NCBI GenBank assembly: GCA_964035545.1
Contig: OZ037769.1
Location: forward strand, 744,001 to 808,000
DNA: 64,000 nucleotides
From: Bugula neritina
Taxonomy: Eukaryota > Animalia > Bryozoa
Reading direction: 5' to 3'
Positions 1 to 11,700 of the stretch are shown here, piece after piece. The notes under the pieces are model-generated. The model searched no databases. It saw only the letters and a list, made by a program, of their open reading frames with translations, and had not been told where the DNA came from. The translations under genes and the position numbers were made by a program. Position 1 is the stretch's first letter; each line of letters opens with the position of its first letter.

Positions 1-1280
1 TGACCACGGTAGTATCATGAGGATGGCAGGAAATAAGGTTAGCGGACCATTACTGTGTTTACACAATTGGAATGAAAAACCAAACATCAGCATAAACTGA
101 TGAGCCCTTTAATCCCGGCAGCAATAAACTACTGCCTCCTGATATCTTAAACATGATTGGTTCAGCTGCAGCTGCATGAGTTTTTACTTAAATTAATTTA
201 TTAGAAATACTTAAATTAAGTTATTAGAAATAAAAACTACCTTTTATCAGGCGGCAGTAGGATTTACTAGTTTAGGATGAATGTAAAATGCAAACTTCCC
301 AAAATGAAAACAGCTGGTAATTTATGTAATTATTGTAAAGCTGCAGCTCACAAAAAATTATGTGGACTCAAGTTGATTAGTAAATATCTGCAAGAATAGC
401 AGCTGACATAAATAAAAAAATTAAATCTTTTTATAAACCAGATGTAAGTTATAACTATAGTCTATTCGTTAGACCTGACCGATAGCGAATGGTTAAGGGT
501 GTGCACTGACATTAATAACTTACTCATTGCATAACCACTATGAGGGGTGAAGACCAAGTGAGCAGCATTATTTTACTACAAGCAGCAAAATACTAAGAGC
601 AGAGCTGCCTGGGGAATTCCTAAGCTGCTTGACATGGTGGGTAGAGTAACTTCAAGCAGTGAAATTACTCTGCAGAACTCATATAATATATAGAGCCTTT
701 CTGGAGATCTGCACTGCAATAAATGAATGTCAAAACTATGGCAAACTAGTCTGAGAAAAGTAGCTGTTTTATCCTACGAACTCATATAAACCTCCCTCCC
801 CCTCCCTCCCCTTCCCCCCCCCCATATTCTCACTACTTGATCGTTTGTCTTGTCTCCAGAGTTGAGAGTCTCAACTCAAGTTGGAAATCAATACAGAGTG
901 ATAGCAACTCATCTTCTCACACTCACTTGTATGAAAGGAGACGTTAATTTATTAATTGAAAGACATCCGAGTCCGTCAACAGGACACTTGGGGCAAGGAA
1001 GTGGAGCTATTAGCTACGAGTAGGCATTGTTACATACAGTCATACCCTCTTGATGAGAGTCATCAGTATTTCGTATTGATAGGGGTGTACCACACACCAC
1101 CCGACTGTTCAAGATGAAAATACACAGGCTATGCTGGTTTGAGGAATATAGTGAAGATAAGAGAGAAGTGACATCAATCAAGAGTTACTCTCTCCTGCAT
1201 TCTCAATGGTTCAACTAATATAATAGAGCTAGCATCTCCAGCACAGCAATTGCTAAGTAAGTCGACTCCAACACAAACCT

Positions 1281-1378
1281 TTCAAGTTAGCTCAAGTAAT
1301 CTATTGATTTAAGTTAGCTCAAGTAATCTATTGATTCAAGTTAGCTCAAGTAATCTATTGATTTAACTTAGCTTAAGT
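1281..1378. repeat. 27-bp tandem repeat, about 3.5 copies
   Basis: Unit aagttagctcaagtaatctattgatt(t/c) starts at 1284, 1311 and 1338. Confidence 0.85.
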
Positions 1379-2199
1379 CAATCTTAACCAAAGTACAAGT
1401 ACTCCATGAAGTAGACATTTTAGCAGTTAGCCAGTGCACGTTTAGCAGATTAAACAAGAAGAATAAATTGATATCTTGAGCTAGTGACCCACGACTTGGG
1501 CTTAGCTCTGCAACACTAGACCGTGGGTGGTAGAGTGTTGGTTTACTGGATAAACAAGCAGGTCGGTTACTACATATACATTATACATCTTGGAGTTGCC
1601 TCCCCCAGTGATAGCTACACTAACATATGCCAAGTATTATTGCATCAAAAAAGTACTATACAGGCAGATGCAGCTTTTAGCAGGTTTTAAAAAGAAGATA
1701 ATTTCTAAATTCCAATGACAAAATGTTCAATACAGACAACAATTGTGCTAGTAATTATATTTTAATTTTGTGATAGTCTCATTGCGTGAATAGAATACTT
1801 GGTGTAGAACAGGTGAGAAAGTAGAAACAGACACACAGACAGACATATTGATAGGAGAGCTCTTTGCCTGCACAGAAATAGCCTTACCTGCAGTGAGCAT
1901 GGAGTTGTGCATCCTTAGACCTCCGAGCTGCATCTGTCTGCCTGTTAGTCCTACAATATGATACGTAGTTACGTGGGCAGACAAAATGAGACGTCTTCGT
2001 ACACAACTTGATGTCAGATCAGTAGAAGTAGAGAGGATATTTACCAGGAAGTGAAAAAGGAAGGTCACACAGGGGTCACCGCGTCAGATCAGATACTTCA
2101 TTTCTAAGCCACACCTCTCAGGCTATACTAAAATGTCAACAAACAACTCATTTGTAAAAAGCACATTAGCTACATCTAGAATATGGTTCACAGTAGCCA

Positions 2200-2312
2200 C
2201 TCTCTCCGCCCCACCCCCTCTCCACCTCTCCGCCCCACCCCCTCTCCACCTCTCCGCCCCCCATCTCCACCTCTCCGCCCCACCCCCCCTCTCCACCTCT
2301 CCGCCCCCACCA
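2200..2312. repeat. C-rich imperfect ~24-bp tandem repeat (G-quadruplex-prone on the minus strand)
   Basis: ctccacctctccgccccacccc repeated 4-5 times; it explains the spurious Pro-rich ORFs at 2133 and 2183. Confidence 0.8.
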
Positions 2313-3752
2313 CAATGTTCAGTTTCTTTGCCGTTAAAAGAGTCAGGTACAGATTTCCTGCACCTGAAATTAAAACAGGAAGATAGCAGACCAGTTGAAG
2401 TTCACGAATAAAAGTATCAGGTGTGTATAATATTAAGGTATAGCAAAGGCGGTTATGTTACTACTACTGATGGATCTTTACAAAAGATGCTGAAAAACGG
2501 GACAAATGTTAAGTAAAGTAAAGGTAGTTTATAGGCTTTCTGTCAGTTTTGTTTATCTCTAGTTGATGAACACACATCTGTTTTTATTGTTTATTTATTA
2601 GAAGTTGTGTTGTTATTGCGTCATCACCTTACTTTGCTTTTAAACTTTTCTCTGTCGATAATTGTAATCTCTACAACGATGACTAAGAGTTTCCAATGAT
2701 GAAAATTATCTTAGCCAAGCTCAAGAGATTTGATTTTATGCAATTGTACTTCACATCGAGAGCGAAATCTGTTTCTTCTATTTAAAGTGGAAACAATTGT
2801 AAATGAATTGTAGAATTAAATAACAAAGTTGATAGGGAGATGCAGAGCTGGTGTAGTTGTAGTTGGACAGGAAGAGAATGTAACATAACAAATACTTTTA
2901 GGAGTCATGAGACGACATCTGCCGTTCAGCTGGTGCTGAGCTAGTATAACTGAGGAGACAAGAACAATCTAAAACATAGGCAAAAACAAACCAACAGCAG
3001 GCATACTCGGTGTATAGGGATGGAAAATAAATTATAATGCAACATTTCCAACTTGAAACATCACAGCAATAATTGACCATCAAGATTTCTACTAAATGCA
3101 GTTATTATTGTGTAAACAGGGAATGCGTAAATATGGTGTGCCCTCATATGTAGAAGATTAAAGCTGAATATTATCAAATTGATAGAATTGTCTAACTAGT
3201 ATTATTGTTGGTTAGTGAATTATTTATATTTCGACATGGCTGCATTTTAACTAAATTAACTGTTCATGTTCTGCTATATAAAATGTTTTTTGTTTACTTA
3301 CATTGAATTCGTAACCTTCACATATAAAGTAGCAACCAGTGTTGAAGAATATTTAATTTTAACAACAGAATGGCATGCTCCTGTTGATTTTGTATGCCTT
3401 TATAAAAATATTTGCTAGTTTGGTAAAGTGATAAGTAATGTAGTATTTTTTTCCTATTTATCTTCATAGGGTGCAAAATTGTACAGCTGTTGCACTAAAG
3501 TAGCTGAGGAAAACTAGCAGTGATTTTAGCAATGCTGATAACTAAACCACGAGACAGATTTAGTTTATTAAAGCTGTATTTTTGAAGATTTGATGATGAA
3601 TACAAAATATTGGGTTTTGTATTAAGAGTAGATAAAAAGAAAACTTGAAGATGAATATCAGAGCAAAAATGATAAAATACAAATGTACACAATGGAACAC
3701 AGAGTGAACCATCAACTAGCTGAGTCAATACTCTCAAGCAGAGTTACGGATG

Positions 3753-5759
3753 TCAGTAGCCACCATAGCCACCTCTATCCTCATAATCTCTATGACTACT
3801 GGATTGATCATGACCATATCTATAACCAACATCTTTTGAAGATGGAAAATTACCTTCTTGGGCATTTTGATATATCATATTGAGAGCAACATTGAATGGA
3901 TCATTTGGATCATCCGATTCTTGCTTGATCATCTTAAAAATCTTACTCTTTTGCCTCTCAAGAGTATCATTCATTTCTCGAGCGAGTGCTTCTTTTTGAA
4001 GTTCTAAAGCTTTATCCATTGCACTTCCGGTGAGCTGACTCAGATTAGATAAGGTTTGCATTTGGCCAAAGTTATTTGTACCAGACAGCTCTTGATTTCC
4101 TCGAGCTAATTGCATTAGATCTTCATCAACAAGCAATGAATCAGGGCCATTTCCAAGCAGGGACTTCGGAGCGTCTCCAAGTAAACCTTGTTTATGACCA
4201 GGAACTTGGTTGTGAAGTTTATCTTCATTTTTTCGCTTAATGCGCCCGAATCTGTCAACAGTTGAAGTACTTCTTGATCTGCGTCTTCTATCAAAAGAGT
4301 CTCGATTTCTCGACCGAGATCTCCGTCTTTCCCGAGATCTTGACCTTCGCCTTCTAGAGCGAGATCGGGATCTTCTTGTTCTTGATCTATAATGATGATG
4401 AGATTTTTCCTGGGAAGATTCATATCGAGGACCTTGTGAGTAAAATCTAGAAACTGATTTTGGATTGGATTGAGTATTTTCATGAGATGGAGACTTGCGG
4501 ACCAGTATATCGGGATCTCTATCATTTTGGGGTGGCGACATTGACATAGTATCATCTTGTTCAGCTTTGCTTGCATTCAGGGAGCCAAGAAAAGCACTTA
4601 ATGTAAATGAACCGTGCGTCTTTTTATTTTCTTCAAGTTGGTCTTGTGAAGATTGAATCTCCGAACGTGGTACATGTACTGCTTGGTACTTGGGAACACT
4701 CGATGTTGAAGCAGTTTTACTACCTGAACTGAAACGCCTTTGTGGGGAGCCACGATTCTGTGATGATCTACTTCTATCTCTAGATGACCTACTTCTATGC
4801 CTAGATGACCTACTTTCATGTCTAGGTGACCTACTTCTATATCTGGGTGACCTACTTCTATGTCTAGGCGACGCGCTATTACGCCTTGGAGATCTGCTGT
4901 ATTGCTTGGGTGACTGACTCTTTCTTCGACTAGAATCTGGCTTAGCCTCATCCCCAGCGTACTCCAAACCCTTTGTAACAGTTGCTACAGATTTCAAAGA
5001 TAAATCAGGTTTCCCCTTAGCCTGCTGTGATTCTTCCCTTTTCTTGATACTAAAGCTAATGGAACTAGAAGATTTAATCTGATGTGACTTTCTGAGCCAT
5101 TCTGGACTACGCTTGCCTTGCTTAGACTTTCTCAAATTTTGGGCAAGTTCAACATTAAGAACAGTGGAGCCTTGGTTGGTGAGATGCAATCCATCTTTTA
5201 AGTAAACATCTTTCAAAATGTGGCGACCCCTTTCTTGAACAAACACCTTATTAGAAAGTTGGCATGTAACAACCCCATTCTCACAATTGATTTTTTCAAT
5301 CCGAGTATTTACTTTAGCCACATATTCATTGAGCTTTATTTGCATTGTTTGATAATGTTGCTTTAAGTCAAGCTTTCCGGTGATTCCATTTTTGAACAAA
5401 AACTGGTTATGCTTGACAAAACTCATAGGAGGAAACGTGCATAGCATAGGCAAAATATTATTTTCTTTTAGTGATTTTATCCCCCAGTCAATTTTTGACA
5501 TAAGAAGCGAATCACCGTTCTCCCGAAGAACAACTTCCCGATAACCTTGCGCCTGTTTTACCTCTAAAAGGTCGGTGATGCCAAAGAAAATATAGCAACA
5601 AACACGATAGCCTTGCAGCGAAGATGCATTCATGAGTTTAAGTGCAGCCGCTATCAAGTCTTCAAACTTTCCATTGGGAACGATTTCCTTTTCATCAAAG
5701 ATTCTGAGGTCCAGATTATTAGCCATAGAATGCCCAACAAACATACATCTTTCAGGAAC
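3753..5759 (-). CDS. 2007-nt terminal exon: SGNH/GDSL hydrolase-like domain followed by an RS-rich region
   Basis: Acceptor ttttccag|GTT at 5759, in frame with the 696-aa ORF. Motifs FVGHSM (block I-like), IFFGITDL (block III-like) and DGLHLTNQG (block V-like), then RSRSPR heptads and an RS tract. Confidence 0.8.
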   Translation of the reverse strand, partial: VPERCMFVGHSMANNLDLRIFDEKEIVPNGKFEDLIAAALKLMNASSLQGYRVCCYIFFGITDLLEVKQAQGYREVVLRENGDSLLMSKIDWGIKSLKENNILPMLCTFPPMSFVKHNQFLFKNGITGKLDLKQHYQTMQIKLNEYVAKVNTRIEKINCENGVVTCQLSNKVFVQERGRHILKDVYLKDGLHLTNQGSTVLNVELAQNLRKSKQGKRSPEWLRKSHQIKSSSSISFSIKKREESQQAKGKPDLSLKSVATVTKGLEYAGDEAKPDSSRRKSQSPKQYSRSPRRNSASPRHRSRSPRYRSRSPRHESRSSRHRSRSSRDRSRSSQNRGSPQRRFSSGSKTASTSSVPKYQAVHVPRSEIQSSQDQLEENKKTHGSFTLSAFLGSLNASKAEQDDTMSMSPPQNDRDPDILVRKSPSHENTQSNPKSVSRFYSQGPRYESSQEKSHHHYRSRTRRSRSRSRRRRSRSRERRRSRSRNRDSFDRRRRSRSTSTVDRFGRIKRKNEDKLHNQVPGHKQGLLGDAPKSLLGNGPDSLLVDEDLMQLARGNQELSGTNNFGQMQTLSNLSQLTGSAMDKALELQKEALAREMNDTLERQKSKIFKMIKQESDDPNDPFNVALNMIYQNAQEGNFPSSKDVGYRYGHDQSSSHRDYEDRGGYGGY

Positions 5760-8700
5760 CTGGAAAAGATAGTAGAACAAATTGTAGTCACTAAGCCTTT
5801 GGTGGCAAACGAGACTGGTCGGACATACTGTAAGCCAGTGCATGATAAAATTGATGTATTACTAATTCGGATACTTTATTTAAATGTTTTGTCAATCATC
5901 CAAAATGAAATAAATGGCGACAGCCAATGTAAAAATTGTTTGAAAACGGCACTGCCACATGGTAACAAGATGTGCCATTGTAATCAGCCATACAGTTTCT
6001 TAAAAACAGTTCATCCGATACTGCAGCTGGCTGCAAGTTCCAGTTCATTGCTAGATAATGTTTTCAAGTATAAAAACCAGAAAATTACCCGCCATGCCGC
6101 ACGTTAAGACAATAACACTGGCCATTACGATATCGCCCAACCTATATCGCCCAAAATAGAGTTTTTGATTATGATTGTTTTTATTTTTCATCACAACTTA
6201 CAATGCATATGTTTGTATCAGGAATTGAGGCGACACATTTCTTCCCTCCCCTCACCATAAATCTCACATTATTATCAATAAATCGCGCTTAAGAATGTAA
6301 TTAAGTTTTTCTTCAATAAAATAACTTGGGGGAAAAACATATTAGCACCTACGGCCTCCATAACATATAAAAAGCACAGCAACGGCAAATGAATATTTAG
6401 TAATGCACAAGCGCATTAAATAGCCAGTGTCCCAATACTCTGCAGTTGTTTCCATAGTAAATATAATATTAATAAAAACTTTAATTTAGAATATAATAAT
6501 TTGATTATTAAATGCTCAGTACTAAATAGTAGTAAATGGATTATTATACATAAATCATATGATAATCAAAATAGTGAAAGCTTTTAAACTGTATCTGCTA
6601 CGTCGAGACACGCAGTGACAATTGAAACGACTCATAAGCAAAAATGGAAATTATCCACACAGATTCGCCAGATGTGAAGGTTGACCGACGTCGAATCGTT
6701 GATATAAGCATGAGAGGCTATTGCTACGAATATCTGCATACGACCGAGTATCAGCGTCGGACTGATTTAATATCCGCTGAAACATTTGTTGACTGATGCA
6801 CTGTATACGTAGTCTAGTAAAATATCCGACTGAGAGAGTTTAGTAATGCGTCTGACTCGGTACTCTGCACTAAAGATGCAGAAAGAATGAATTATGACTT
6901 ACAAATTGTCCTTTTTCTTTGTAAAGTCCAGTCTCGTTGTCATAGGCAAATCCCGTGAATGATTCAACAGAAACTTTTGCTGTAAAAACATATTGCAGTA
7001 ATAAATAATTTGTAATGTAATAATGCATAATGAACAAATTAAAACGAATAATGGGTAATGCAGTAACGAATAATGGGTAATGCAGCAACATATAATGTGC
7101 AAAAATGCATAATGGATAATGTAGTAACACATAATGGGCAATGATGTATAACTATTACAGCAATAATGCATAGAGAGTAATGCAATAACACATAATGAAT
7201 AATGTAAAAATGCATAATACATAATGCCGTGAGTAAACTATTTACAAGAATACAATCAGTATTTGGACACAGTAAGACATACCAACAGCGGCGGCAGCAG
7301 CTTCAGCGGCAGCTTTAGCTTTGGCAAACTCCTGCAACAACATCCAACAGTAAATTAAGGTTTCCCTTATATCTGTAGCCAGCATAATAAGTATCAAGTA
7401 GCGCACATGGTAGTAGAAGTGCAAGTAGGACGGTGTGAGTGGGCCCTAACTCAGCTAATGAGAATACAATTCGTATCAACTTAGTTAGAAGTTAACGCAA
7501 CTCGGAACACCAAGGCAATAAAATCAGATAATTTTTATTAATCTTTGACTTCACTAGTATCAAGTTTGCTGAAACTATCCCAGGGTCACAGTCTGACTGG
7601 TTCAAATGAATCAACTATACCACGAGCTGATAATTAACAGTGAGAGAAACACACCTCAGCTTTCTGCTTACGAATCTTATCCATGGCTTCTTCTGCCTTC
7701 TTCCTCATATTCTCTTGCTTCTCCTTCAACTCCAGATCCCTTCTGAACATCTACAAATATATTCTAATCCTCACAAGATATCCCTTCTGAACATCTACAA
7801 ATATATTCTAATCCTTACAAGATATCTCTTCTACACATCTACAAATATATTCTAATCCTTACAAGATATCTCTTCTACACATCTACAAATATATTCTAAT
7901 CCTCACAAGATATCCCTTCTGAACATCTACAAATATATTCTAATCCTCACAAGATATCTCTTCTGAACATCTACAAATATATTCTAATCCTTACAAGATA
8001 TCTCTTCTGAACATCTACAAATATATTCTAATCCTCACAAGATATCCCTTCTACACATCTACAAATATATTCTAATCCTCACAAGATATCCCTTCTACAC
8101 ATCTACAAATATATTCTAATCCTCACAAGATATCCCTTCTGAACATCTACAAATATATTCTAATCCTCACAAGATATCTCTTCTACACATCTACAAATAT
8201 ATTCTAATCCTCACAAGATATCCCTTCTACACATCTACAAATATATTCTAATCCTCACAAGATATCCCTTCTACACATCTACAAATATATTCTAATCCTC
8301 ACAAGATATCCCTTCTACACATCTACAAATATATTCTAATCCTCACAAGATATCCCTTCTGAACATCTACAAATATATTCTAATCCTCACAAGATATATC
8401 TTCTGAACATCTACAAATATATTCTAATCCTCACAAGTTATCTCTTCTGAACATCTACAAATATATTCTAATCCTTACAAGATATCCCTTCTACACATCT
8501 ACAAATATATTCTAATCCTCACAAGATATCCCTTCTACACATCTACAAATATATTCTAATCCTCACAAGATATCTCTTCTACACATCTACAAATATATTC
8601 TAATCCTCACAAGATATCTCTTCTACACATCTACAAATATATTCTAATCCTTACAAGATATCTCTTCTACACATCTACAAATATATTCTAATCCTCACAA

Positions 8701-11700
8701 GATATATCTTCTGAACATCTACAAATATATTCTAATCCTCACAAGATATCCCTTCTGAACATCTACAAATATATTCTAATCCTCACAAGATATCCCTTCT
8801 GAACATCTACAAATATATTGTAATCCTCACAAGATATCCCTTCTGAACATCTACAAATATATTCTAATCCTCACAAGATATCCCTTCTGAACATCTACAA
8901 ATATATTCTAATCCTTACAAGATATCTCTTCTACACATCTACAAATATATTCTAATCCTCACAAGATATCCCTTCTGAACATCTACAAATATATTCTAAT
9001 CCTTACAAGATATCTCTTCTACACATCTACAAATATATTCTAATCCTCACAAGATATCCCTTCTGAACATCTACAAATATATTCTAATCCTCACAAGATA
9101 TCCCTTCTACACATCTACAAATATATTCTAATCCTCACAAGATATCTCTTCTACACATCTACAAATATATTCTAATCCTCACAAGATATCCCTTCTGAAC
9201 ATCTACAAATATATTCTAATCTTTACAAGATACCTCTTCTACACATCTACAAATATATTCTAATCCTCACAAGATATCTCTGCTACACATCTACAAATAT
9301 ATTCTAATCCTCACAAGATATCTCTTCTACACATCTACAATTATATTCTAATCCTCACAAGATATATCTTCTACACATCTACAAATATATTGTAATCCTC
9401 ACAGTATATCCCTTCTAAACATCTAATACCCTCACCACATACAGTATACAGGAGTTAAAGTGTCACTACATCGAGTACCTCTTGACGTTGCCGATCAGCC
9501 TCCTTCTCCTTTTTTCTCTGTTCCTCTGTCAGCTTCATCATCTCCTCTTTCTCCTCTTTGGCTCGTCTAACTGACTCAAACTGCTCTTTGGCACGGGAGA
9601 TACCAGCCATTCTGTCAACACAACTCCTCACATGACTCATCACTGGTCATCTCAGCACAATGAAAATACCATACAACCAAAATTAGTTGATATTCTATAA
9701 CAGGTGGGTTATCTACTTACTTATTACTAGTAGACGGTAAGTTACTTAACTTGAACGATACTTACATTGTCTTAAGTGTGTTCTTGGCGTAGTCTAACAG
9801 CAGCAGTTTCCCGTCCACCTCAAACGGCTCCTGATTGGAGAAATAGTCTACTATTCTCTTAGCATCAGCAACTGTGTCAAACTCCATGAAGCCATATCTA
9901 CAAATTATTATGATAATATCTACAAATACCTGCAACGACATCTACAAATAGCTACAATGAAATCTACAAATAGTAACAATCAGATTTACAAATGATTACA
10001 ATGAGATCTACTAGTAACAGAGTAGACAGGAAGTGATGCGTACCCGAGAGAGATGCTGGTGGCGAGGTTTCTCATGACGTAGCAGCTCTTGGGTTCCAGA
10101 GACGTGATTTCAGCCAGAGAATCTAGAATCTTCTTCTCGTCAGAGAGACCATCCAACCCTCTGAGGAGAACAGCTGAAATATAATGGTAGAGTTAGTACT
10201 GTATACTCACAGTGTAACTGATATGATTGGTACTGTATACACACAGTGTAGCTGGTAGGATTGGTACTGTATACACACAGTGTAGCTGGTAGGATTGGTA
10301 CTGTATACTCACAGTGTAGCTGGTAGGATTAGTACTGTATACTCACTATTGCAGGGGTTCAGTCCAAGCTGATCTGATCCATCTTCAGATGCTCTACTGG
10401 GTTTTGCGGGAGAACGTGGGAGTCCGGGTCTGGGCACCTCCACGAACCCTCTACGACCGCCTCTTTCTATTTCTCCGCGGCCACGACCCAACGGAATGTC
10501 ATCGTCAAAGAAATCTCTAGGACCGCCTCTTTCTATTTCTCCGCAGCCACGACCCAACGGAATATCATCGTCAAAGAAATCTCTACGACCACGGAATGCC
10601 TCTTCTGGAAAACTCCGAAAAGGAGGGCGTCTCTCTGGAAAATCCTCAACAGGATATCCCCTTGGAGGATACCTCTCGGAAAAGGGGGCTCTTCTCTCGT
10701 ACTGCTCTACAGAAATCAACCTATCAAATGTTACAAAACATAGAGAATGATATACCAACCATAATAGTCATACAGCAGCGAGTTATAAGTTATAGTTTAT
10801 GGAATACAAGTTTGGGGTTAGAGGCCCTGGTGCAACTCCCAAACTTCTCAGACCTTGCAAAAGGTAACACGTTAAGTATCACTAGAAAGCTTATAACCAG
10901 TACATCTGTACTTAGTAGGAATGTGACCCTTGGGTGAATATTTGACCCACTGTGAACAGATGTAAGTATATTAGTGCAGGTAGACTTACCTCTCAGGGGA
11001 AACTCCCGTCTGGGCTCTAAGAACTCCTCGGGGTCATACATGTCACCACCTCGACCTTGACCTCCATTACGAGCTGCAAGAGAGAAGAGTAGCATTGAAG
11101 TGAACTGTTGATCTCACCAAGTGGACAGAAACCAAAGATAAAGAATACAAATAAAATGAAGCTGGCAGGAAGGTGGTTCTAACCTGGAGGTGCGACAGGT
11201 CCGGGCCCACCCATGAGGTGGGGAGGTCTACCACGCCCACCGAAAGGTGGTCTACCTCTATGGCCCGGCCCAGGTGGACCACCTGGTCCATCATGAATCC
11301 TGGCCAGGCCAGCTGGTCCAACTGGTCGCGGTAACTCACACCTGAAGCAGGCTTCTCTTATGTCCACATTGAGGGCTCCACACTAGATAGTATAACAGAC
11401 TAGTGTAATATAATACAACATAATATAATACAATAATATAACGCAATAATATAATATAGCATAACATATTATAATATAGTATAATATAATATAATATAGC
11501 ATAACATATTATAGTATAATATAATATAGTATAACATATTATAGTATAATATAATATAGTATTATAATAACATAAAACGGTAAAATGCAATATATTAACC
11601 ACAGATCTGCGTCACGGGGCAGATAAAATAGTAGGAGGGAGGGGCCTACTGTGAGACTATATAGAAAGAGGGGCAGAAAGTTGGAGAAGTCTATTCTAAC

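Noticed and set aside
1-1000. Possible 3' exons of a plus-strand gene entering from the left (e.g. tctccag| at about 859)
   Set aside because: The frames are short, show no recognisable protein and form no consistent exon chain.
4115-4951. Overlapping ORFs 4115-4576, 4598-4951 and 4690-4917
   Set aside because: They are alternate-frame or antisense shadows of the repetitive RS-coding exon.
5760-5843. N-terminal 28 aa of the 696-aa ORF as a stand-alone gene start
   Set aside because: It ends in a pyrimidine tract plus CAG that matches the phase of the upstream exon, so it is more likely intron.
6600-6870. CpG-richer segment with small hairpins in the last intron of the RBM5/10-like gene, considered as an alternative OCRE exon or mobile element
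   Set aside because: All three minus-strand frames after the nearest AG close quickly, there are no OCRE tyrosine repeats and I found no clear TIR or TSD.
7735-9424. CRISPR-like appearance of the long regular arrays (also 42698-43517 and 44388-45571)
   Set aside because: Units are head-to-tail with no unique spacers, there are no cas genes and the context is eukaryotic introns.
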